From sequence record DRR723986_1795: a stretch of 37,540 nucleotides of DNA; one strand, given 5' to 3'. The position numbers were made by a program, and so were the translations under genes. Positions 9,320 to 15,887 of this stretch are shown here, piece by piece. Position 1 is the first letter of the stretch, and every line of letters begins with the position of its first letter. Below the pieces are notes generated by a model. That model saw nothing but the letters and a program-made list of their open reading frames with translations. It had not been told where the DNA came from and did no database searches.

Positions 9320-10504
9320 TCAGAATGTGCGCTGCAGGCGGAAGGTCCCGTAGAGCTCGTAGGTGTCGTTCAGGCCGGAGGAGCGGCTGTAGTCGACATC
9401 ACGATACTGGAATTCCGGGCCCATCAGGAAGCCGGAGACCGGTTCCCAGACCACGTTTGCGGTCGCGTCCCACTGGGTGAAGTCATAGGCGCTAGTGCCG
9501 CCATCGACATCATGGTAGCCGCCTTCGACATTCACCTGAACGGTGTCGGTTACGCCGAGCGTCACGCCGCCGAAGATGTTCAGCGTCTTGGTGGTCTCGG
9601 TGCTGCTGCCATTCCAGACTGCATCGGTGATGCGGCTGTTCCAGCCCGTGGACCCGTATCCGCTGGCGCCATCGGTGTAGACGGCCTGCAGGGAGACCGC
9701 ACCGCCCTTGGCAAAGCCACCGAAGTTCACGGTCACGCCGGCACCAGCTGCCCAGCCGAGTTCGTCTTCCGTCCGGCCTGCAAGACCGTTGTAGGCAGCG
9801 CTCGGATAGACCTGGTGAAGAGCACCCATGATCTGGGCCTGGCCCCAGCCCTGGTTGACGCCCAGTGCCGCGACGAAGTCCGGTGCGCGGGTGCCGCCAT
9901 AGCCCTGGTTGGTGCCGTTGAACGCGATATTCTCTTCGCGGCCCGAACGGTCTTCCAACGCGACAGTCGCATTGAAGCCGTTGCCGAAGGCCATCGTATA
10001 GGCGACCTGATTCAGCTTGCGATCGGAATAGCTTTCGATCTGCGCGTTGAAGGCATATCCGGTGAAGAAGTCGAAGTTCGAGCCGTTGTGACCGGCCAGC
10101 AGGCCGCCCCACTGGATATAGGCCTTGTCCAGCGTGGTCGAAGTCGAGGCGTTGGTCAGCGTAATGTAGGATTCGATAAAGGCACGCAGTGTGCCGAATT
10201 CGGTCGCGGTACGCGCATCGAGGTAGAGATACCCGCGCGAACGCCACTGGTAACCATCGGTGTCCCGGTCGCCCCAGGCGTTTTCGGCCTCGCCGAAGTT
10301 GCGGACGCGGAATTCGGTCCGGACACGACCACCTACGCGCAGGCAGGTTTCGGTGCCGGGAATGTAATAGAAGCGCGCGCCGTAGGCGTCACAGATCCGG
10401 ACATAGTCGACAGGTTCCGGAGCCACTGGCAGGTCGGCCGAAAGCGCCGGACTTGCGGCCACGAAGAAACCGGCAATTGCCCCGAGAACAACATTACGAG
10501 TCAT
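9320..10504 (-). CDS. Alphaproteobacterial porin, Omp2b/RopA family (394 aa)
   Basis: Signal peptide followed by the family signature ADLP..PEPVDYVRICDAYG..FYYIPGTETCLRVGG, also TATEFGTLR and a C-terminal Phe (RLQRTF). Confidence 0.95.
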   Translation of the reverse strand: MTRNVVLGAIAGFFVAASPALSADLPVAPEPVDYVRICDAYGARFYYIPGTETCLRVGGRVRTEFRVRNFGEAENAWGDRDTDGYQWRSRGYLYLDARTATEFGTLRAFIESYITLTNASTSTTLDKAYIQWGGLLAGHNGSNFDFFTGYAFNAQIESYSDRKLNQVAYTMAFGNGFNATVALEDRSGREENIAFNGTNQGYGGTRAPDFVAALGVNQGWGQAQIMGALHQVYPSAAYNGLAGRTEDELGWAAGAGVTVNFGGFAKGGAVSLQAVYTDGASGYGSTGWNSRITDAVWNGSSTETTKTLNIFGGVTLGVTDTVQVNVEGGYHDVDGGTSAYDFTQWDATANVVWEPVSGFLMGPEFQYRDVDYSRSSGLNDTYELYGTFRLQRTF

Positions 10505-10618
10505 TTGATACTCCGATGAAGTGCGGAAATACCCCCGCGCACATTATGCCGTTCGTAGATGTCAGTTTCAGCCTCTCGGAGAGGTGAAATCAGCAGATAT
10601 GAGCGATTGGTTGATGTT

Positions 10619-10634
10619 GTTGCTTTTGAGCAAC
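10619..10634. promoter_or_regulatory. Palindrome GTTGCT-N4-AGCAAC at the predicted -35 of the porin promoter
   Basis: Perfect 6-bp arms, lying 17 bp upstream of a CATATC -10-like hexamer (10601-10596, minus strand). Confidence 0.45.
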
Positions 10635-10666
10635 GGGCAATCCGGTCAATTTAACTTGAAAACCGT

Positions 10667-11128
10667 TTAGCGCTTTGCCTGAAAGAACGATCTGAGCAAC
10701 TCCGCCGCGCGTGTCGCGCCTATGCCGGAATAGACATCCGGTGCGTGATGACACGTCGGCTGGCAGAAAAAGCGGGTGCCATGATCGACCGCGCCGCCCT
10801 TTTCATCTCCCGCGCCATAGTAAAGCCGGCGGACCCGCGCGAAGGAGATCGCTCCCGCACACATGGGACACGGTTCGAGCGTCACGTAGAGATCGCAGTC
10901 CGGAAGGCGTTGCGAAGCTGCCCGTTCGCATGCGGAGCGGATCACGAGAATTTCTGCGTGAGCTGTCGGATCGTTGAGCTCCAGCGTCCGGTTCCCGTCT
11001 CGAGCGATCACTTCACCATCGCGAACGAGCACCGCACCGACCGGCACTTCACCGCGTGCCGCCGCTTTCTCGGCCTCTTCGAGCGCGAGATCCATGAACG
11101 ATGTCTGATTGGCGGAAGTGGTAAGCAT
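10667..11128 (-). CDS. tadA: tRNA adenosine(34) deaminase
   Basis: GEVPVGAV, DPTAHAE, TLEPCPMCAGA zinc motifs. Confidence 0.92.
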   Translation of the reverse strand: MLTTSANQTSFMDLALEEAEKAAARGEVPVGAVLVRDGEVIARDGNRTLELNDPTAHAEILVIRSACERAASQRLPDCDLYVTLEPCPMCAGAISFARVRRLYYGAGDEKGGAVDHGTRFFCQPTCHHAPDVYSGIGATRAAELLRSFFQAKR

Positions 11129-11311
11129 CGAGCAGGGTGAGTCGGAGCGTAAGTGTAGGGTTCAGCCTCGATTTGAGAGGCTGTCGGCTTTGTTCTGTTT
11201 ACCCGTTATTATGCCGGTCGTCAGCCCCGGACAGGGCCTTCGCCGAGGCGTCAGGCCGCTGCCATGCATCCGGAGCACGGCGCCTCTGCGGTTTATGCAG
11301 AAAACAAGCGA

Positions 11312-11340
11312 TTCCCGAAAGGCTCAAGCTCTGCTATGAC
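11312..11340 (+). promoter_or_regulatory. Putative sigma70 promoter TTCCCG-N17-TATGAC with extended TG
   Basis: The -10 hexamer ends 6 nt before ATG 11347 and no SD sequence is present. Confidence 0.5.
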
Positions 11341-11346
11341 GCGCGC

Positions 11347-12765
11347 ATGACGACAAGAAAATTCTCTTCCGAGCGCCCGGGTCCCGCAAAAGGCCGGGGA
11401 CGCGATAAACGTGCACCGGAAAAGCGCCGGTCCGCACCGAACGACAAATCGAAAGCCGGCCCCAAAAAGGGCGACTTCGAAAAACGGGCGCCGAGACCGG
11501 CGACTGCACCGCTGGCAGACGAAGCCAATGATCGTGGCGAACGCATTGCCAAGGTCATGGCGCGCGTCGGCCTGTGTTCTCGCCGAGAGGCGGAAGTGTG
11601 GATCGAAAACGGCAGGGTTGAGCTCAACGGCAAGCTGTTGACCACGCCTGCGGTAACAGTGACAGCAGACGACAAGGTGCTGGTGGACGGGGAACCGTTG
11701 CCGATGCGCGAGCGCACCCGGCTCTGGCTCTACCACAAGCCACGGGGTCTGGTGACGACCAACAAGGATCCGGAAGGCCGTCCGACGGTGTTCCAGCGCT
11801 TGCCCGATGATCTCCCGCGCGTCCTGACCGTGGGCCGGCTCGACATCAACACTGAAGGCTTGCTGCTCCTGACCAATGATGGCGGCCTGGCGCGCGTTCT
11901 GGAATTGCCGGCCACCGGCTGGTTGCGCCGCTACCGCGTGCGCGCCTTCGGCAAGGTGACCCAGGCGGATCTCGACACATTGAAGGACGGTATCGCGATC
12001 GATGGCGTGCTCTACGGCGCGATCGAGGCGACGCTCGACAAGGAGCAGGGCAACAACGTCTGGATGACGGTCGGCCTGCGCGAAGGCAAGAACCGTGAGG
12101 TCAAGCGGGTTCTGGAACATCTCGGCCTTGCCGTGAACCGCCTGATCCGCCTGTCCTATGGCCCGTTCCAGCTGATGGATCTGCCGGAAGGCGACGTTCG
12201 TGAAATCCGGGGCCGCGTTTTGCGTGACCAGTTGGGCGATACGCTGGCCGAGGAAGCCGGTGCGGATTTTGACGCTCCGATCTTTCATGCCCCCAAGCCG
12301 GAAGCGGAAAAGAAGTCCGCAGGCGCCAAGCGTGGCGGTGGCCGGGAAGGTGGCGGCCGGGAAATTAGTGGCAGGGATGGCGGCAAGCGTGAAGCCAGCC
12401 AGGGTCGCTGGATGACCGCGCGCGAAGGCCGTAGTGAGACCGATCGCAAGCGCGCAGCCAAGACTGAACGCAACGAAAAGCGTGAAGATCGCAAGAAGGC
12501 ATCCGGCCAGGGGCCGCGCAAGAATGCCGGGCCGCGCCAGGAAAAAGTAAAAGTCTCGCCGCGCTCCCGTTTCCGCCTGACGTCCGAACCGAAACCACGC
12601 AAGGATTTCGGTGAAGAGCGTTTCACACCGCCGCCGCGCCGCATCTGGGGCGAGGAAGGCGTGGTCGAAGACAAGCAGCAGGAACGCCGTTCCAGCCGTG
12701 ACAAGGACGACCGGCGCGGGCCTCCGAAAGGTGGACGTCCGCCGCGTCGCGGAGATCGTTCGTGA
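11347..12765 (+). CDS. rluB: rRNA pseudouridine synthase, RsuA/RluB family, with long basic disordered tails (472 aa)
   Basis: S4 domain ERIAKVMARVGLCSRREAE, HKPRG, VGRLDINTEGLLLLTNDG, EGKNREVKR. The RluB subfamily assignment is likely rather than certain. Confidence 0.88.
   Translation: MTTRKFSSERPGPAKGRGRDKRAPEKRRSAPNDKSKAGPKKGDFEKRAPRPATAPLADEANDRGERIAKVMARVGLCSRREAEVWIENGRVELNGKLLTTPAVTVTADDKVLVDGEPLPMRERTRLWLYHKPRGLVTTNKDPEGRPTVFQRLPDDLPRVLTVGRLDINTEGLLLLTNDGGLARVLELPATGWLRRYRVRAFGKVTQADLDTLKDGIAIDGVLYGAIEATLDKEQGNNVWMTVGLREGKNREVKRVLEHLGLAVNRLIRLSYGPFQLMDLPEGDVREIRGRVLRDQLGDTLAEEAGADFDAPIFHAPKPEAEKKSAGAKRGGGREGGGREISGRDGGKREASQGRWMTAREGRSETDRKRAAKTERNEKREDRKKASGQGPRKNAGPRQEKVKVSPRSRFRLTSEPKPRKDFGEERFTPPPRRIWGEEGVVEDKQQERRSSRDKDDRRGPPKGGRPPRRGDRS
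12334..12393 (+). repeat. Degenerate in-frame 15-bp tandem repeat x4 (GGGRE/GGGRE/ISGRD/GGKRE)
   Basis: ggcggtggccgggaa ggtggcggccgggaa attagtggcagggat ggcggcaagcgtgaa. Confidence 0.6.
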
Positions 12766-13319
12766 GAATAGTCGCCGGGCGTTTCAAGGGCGCGGCTCTG
12801 GCCGCGCCGAAATCGCACGACACACGGCCGACCAGCGACCGTTTGCGAGAAACCATTTTCAACATCCTGGCTCATGGCCTGGATGTTGATCTTGAAAATG
12901 CAAGGGTCCTGGATCTTTTTGCCGGCACGGGCGCGCTGGGCTTTGAGGCGATCAGCCGGGGCGCCCGCCATTGCACTTTCATCGAAGAAGGGACGGAAGC
13001 GCGCGGCATCATTCGCCGGAACATGGAGGCCCTGGGCCTCAATGGCGCTGCCAAGATCTTCCGGCGCGATGCGACCCGCCTTGGCAGTGCAGGCACTATC
13101 GAGCCTTTCGATCTGGTGTTTGCCGACCCTCCCTATGACAAGAATCTGGGTGAAAAGGCCCTTGCTTCGGCAGCGGGCGGAGACTGGCTGAAACAGGGCG
13201 CCTTGTGCGTGCTTGAAGAGAGATCTTCAGCTCACATCGATGTTCCCGCAGGCTTCGAGGAACTCGACCGCCGCCAGGCAGGCGATAGCCAGGTCGTGTT
13301 CCTGCGATTTGGCGGCTGA
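12762..13319 (+). CDS. rsmD: 16S rRNA (guanine(966)-N2)-methyltransferase
   Basis: MRIVAG, RPTSDRLRE, VLDLFAGTGALG.EA.SRGA, DPPY. GTGA overlap with the upstream gene. Confidence 0.95.
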   Translation: MRIVAGRFKGAALAAPKSHDTRPTSDRLRETIFNILAHGLDVDLENARVLDLFAGTGALGFEAISRGARHCTFIEEGTEARGIIRRNMEALGLNGAAKIFRRDATRLGSAGTIEPFDLVFADPPYDKNLGEKALASAAGGDWLKQGALCVLEERSSAHIDVPAGFEELDRRQAGDSQVVFLRFGG

Positions 13320-13376
13320 AGTCTCTTTCGGCCCGCCGTCAACCCTCTCGTCTCGCTATGGGATTTCCTTCGTCCG

Positions 13377-14237
13377 TCAGGCGCCGCCCGGCATCATGAT
13401 GTAGGCGGTTTTCCGCGTTGGCAGGCTGGAACGGCTGACGATCAAGGCCGGCGTTTGCGCCCGCACGATGTCATACCCTGCCTTTTGTGCTCGCACGACA
13501 AAGGCCTGAAGTGCTCCGGAAAAATGGAAGTGCATCGGCACGACCATCGCAGGGCCGATGCTTTCCAGAACGTCCATCAGGCTGTCCAGCCGAAGCGTCG
13601 AGGAATTGTCTATGGCCGCAAATACGACGTCGATCTGACCTAGGCGGACGAGATCTTCCTGCGTAAGCCGGTGATGCAGGTGGCCGAGATGCGCAATGCA
13701 CATGTCGGCCACCTCGAAGATGAAGATCGAATTGCCGAGCCGGCGTTCTTCCCCGTCCCAGCCACGGATGTTGGTCTGGATATTGCGGATGCGGACATCC
13801 TCAACAGTGACGTCATGGTCCAGCGGCCCGCCCTTCGGATTCCAGCCGTACAGAAGATGTTCGATGTTCGGATCCGGGCTGATGGAGTAATGCGTGCTGT
13901 GAGCCCCGTTCATCGTGGCTACATCCGGCGGCAGAAGCGGGCGGACACTGTCGTTGTAGTCGGTTGCGATCCGCACGCCCTTTGGCGTTTCAAGTTCAAA
14001 GGTGGAATGGCCGATGTAGCGGATCTGGACTTCATTTGCCTGAAGAGACGCGCGCCAGATGCGCATTTCGTCCGGCCCGGGCGCTCGGTAGGGGGCGTCA
14101 GCAACCAGTTGACAGACCGCGAATGCGGGTCCTGCAACAACAGCTGTAACCAGAAGGCTGAGCAGCACCGGAACCAGCCGGAACAATCCGCCGGCCTTCT
14201 GTCGCCGTCCGTGAATTGGGAAAAAGCACATCTCCAT
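13377..14237 (-). CDS. Exported MBL-fold metallo-hydrolase-like protein
   Basis: Signal peptide, YIGHSTF, MNGAHSTH, HLGHLHH, VPMH. Start uncertain (14237 chosen; the track gives 14261). Confidence 0.85.
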   Translation of the reverse strand: MEMCFFPIHGRRQKAGGLFRLVPVLLSLLVTAVVAGPAFAVCQLVADAPYRAPGPDEMRIWRASLQANEVQIRYIGHSTFELETPKGVRIATDYNDSVRPLLPPDVATMNGAHSTHYSISPDPNIEHLLYGWNPKGGPLDHDVTVEDVRIRNIQTNIRGWDGEERRLGNSIFIFEVADMCIAHLGHLHHRLTQEDLVRLGQIDVVFAAIDNSSTLRLDSLMDVLESIGPAMVVPMHFHFSGALQAFVVRAQKAGYDIVRAQTPALIVSRSSLPTRKTAYIMMPGGA

Positions 14238-14270
14238 GTCAGTCCATCCCGAAAACCACACCTGAGCAAA

Positions 14271-14298
14271 ATACTAGGGGGCAGACCGCCAACGGCAA
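14271..14298 (-). promoter_or_regulatory. Putative sigma70 promoter TTGCCG-N16-TAGTAT for the MBL gene
   Basis: Hexamers read directly on the minus strand, downstream of the upstream gene's terminator. Confidence 0.4.
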
Positions 14299-14360
14299 GG
14301 CATGTCGAGGTGTACGCTGCCCGTTTGCCTGAAACTTGAGACGTTTTGGAAGGGGATGCC

Positions 14361-14409
14361 AAAAGAAAAGGCAACCGGCCTGCGCTTGTAGCTGCAAAGG
14401 CGGTTGCCT
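14361..14409 (-). terminator. Intrinsic terminator after the 114-aa hypothetical gene
   Basis: Minus strand AGGCAACCG...CGGTTGCCT stem with an imperfect inner extension, followed by a U-rich run (UUUUCUUUU, first U in the stem). Confidence 0.75.
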
Positions 14410-14454
14410 GAGGTGGGGGCGGGTGGGAGGAAGAACCAGCCCCGGAATTGACTT
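14361..14454 (-). ncRNA. Candidate 3'-UTR-derived sRNA with an anti-SD loop (cuckoo/alpha-r14/CcsR-like)
   Basis: Hairpin GGGGC-U-GGU[UCUUCCUCCC]ACC-C-GCCCC (14443-14416) immediately before the terminator. Confidence 0.45.
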
Positions 14455-14799
14455 TCAGACCACGTAAAGACTGACCGGCGGTTTCCCGGACTTTGCCGTC
14501 CGGTTGGCCGCGTCGCCTTCGCTCATGAACCCGGCGCTGCTTGCCTGGCGGTAGATAAGATCGCCCGCGTGCCCGGCCTCCATGACCAGCGCCTGCTGGC
14601 TGCAAAGCGAGGCCAGCGAAAGACCCAGACGGCGGAAATGCGCCCGGCGATAGCAGTAGACGGCAAGTGCCGCGCGCTGCTGTTCCGGCAGCTGGCATCC
14701 GACATCAGTAACCGCGTTCAACGTTGCATCCAGCAACCGTTTCAGCAAATCGTCCGATACCGGACAGGCTTCCAAATCTGTTGATCCCGATGGCCGCAT
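14455..14799 (-). CDS. Conserved hypothetical protein (114 aa; CPVSD...LAVYCYRRAH motif)
   Basis: Strong AGGAGAAGG RBS, AT-rich promoter region and its own terminator. Resembles an uncharacterised Rhizobiales family (from recall). Confidence 0.8.
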   Translation of the reverse strand: MRPSGSTDLEACPVSDDLLKRLLDATLNAVTDVGCQLPEQQRAALAVYCYRRAHFRRLGLSLASLCSQQALVMEAGHAGDLIYRQASSAGFMSEGDAANRTAKSGKPPVSLYVV

Positions 14800-14842
14800 T
14801 GACCTTCTCCTAATAGATTGAGAAAAGTATTTAGGAGTAAGA

Positions 14843-14857
14843 TTAATGATTTGTTAA
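14843..14857. promoter_or_regulatory. Full CtrA-binding box TTAA-N7-TTAA
   Basis: TTAA-tgatttg-TTAA, about 44 bp upstream of ATG 14799. Confidence 0.7.
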
Positions 14858-14914
14858 ACGCAAAGTCGGGTCCAATAAAAAGGAATTATACGGATAAATC
14901 TGCTGATGTTGCCA

Positions 14915-15763
14915 TCAAGTAACTTCCATTGTTTCTTTTATCAGTTCCTCCAGTTTTGCCCTGGTAACTGTACGCAAGGATTCCGCCTTATCCAGTATGC
15001 TCTCGGCTTTCATGAAGTCCAGAACCCGGATGGAGTCATGGGGCGGGCTGACCAGGATATCCGGTTGATCTGATTTCAGTTTTTGCTTTGTGATGGTCTG
15101 CATCAGGATCTGGGAAGAGCCGAACAGGGAATCCAGCATGCTGATGTCATCCTTGTTGTCTCGCGGCACCGGCGCGCCAACGACATCAACGGCAATGACG
15201 ATATCGCAACTCGCCCTGAGCCCGTCGAAAGGCAGTGGATTGACGACGCCGCCGTCGATCAGAAACCGGTCGCCATAGCGCACGGGTCTGAAAACCGCGG
15301 GAATCGCTATCGAGGCGGCCAGGGCAGGCAGCAAGGGACCACTTTCAAAATCCACTTCCTCGCAGCGATAGAAGTCCGTCGCCAGCATACGCAGCGGGAT
15401 TTCCAGGTCTTCGAACGTTTCGGACAGATAGTCCGAGACAAACACTTCCAGCACGCGAAGCGGATCGAACTGCACCGGGCCGCCCCGGAACACATCTGCG
15501 AACTTGCGTGGTCTCAACTGCCACAGGCGCGACAACACACTGTTGCGATCAGCAAAAATCTCCAGCGCAATGTCGCGGATTTCCTGGCCACTGCGACCAC
15601 TGGCATAGGCCGCCCCCATCAGGGCACCGATGGACGTGCCGTTGATCCGGACAGGTTTTATGCCCAGGTCATCCAGCGCTTCCAGAACGGGGATGTGGGC
15701 GAGGCCGCGTGCACCACCGCCGCCAAGGGCAAGACCGATTCTGGGGGAGGAGGTAGAGGGCAT
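14915..15763 (-). CDS. Patatin-like phospholipase (RssA/NTE-like)
   Basis: GGGGARGLAH, GTSIGA nucleophile, ASIAIP, DGG. Confidence 0.93.
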   Translation of the reverse strand: MPSTSSPRIGLALGGGGARGLAHIPVLEALDDLGIKPVRINGTSIGALMGAAYASGRSGQEIRDIALEIFADRNSVLSRLWQLRPRKFADVFRGGPVQFDPLRVLEVFVSDYLSETFEDLEIPLRMLATDFYRCEEVDFESGPLLPALAASIAIPAVFRPVRYGDRFLIDGGVVNPLPFDGLRASCDIVIAVDVVGAPVPRDNKDDISMLDSLFGSSQILMQTITKQKLKSDQPDILVSPPHDSIRVLDFMKAESILDKAESLRTVTRAKLEELIKETMEVT

Positions 15764-15830
15764 GGCGCGGGTCCGGCATTGAGAGCGTTACTCCCTGCAC
15801 ATGGGGGCTGAAACGCGCCTTGCCAACCTT

Positions 15831-15854
15831 GCAACTGCCCGCAACGGCAGTTGC
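15831..15854. other. Intergenic 9-bp hairpin between the GGDEF-EAL and patatin genes
   Basis: GCAACTGCC-cgcaac-GGCAGTTGC. No U-tract, so possibly a stabilising stem rather than a terminator. Confidence 0.4.
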
Positions 15855-15887
15855 GAACAGGAAAACCGTGCTCAGTGCCGGGAAAAC

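Noticed and set aside
11137..11346. 70-codon N-terminal extension of the pseudouridine synthase in the ORF track
   Set aside because: It covers the divergent promoter region and has atypical composition. The promoter geometry supports ATG 11347.
10667..15763. Deaminase + MBL + patatin as a possible anti-phage defence system
   Set aside because: They are not one operon, each matches a housekeeping subfamily (TadA, exported MBL-fold, RssA-like), and no cyclase, nuclease or island features are present.
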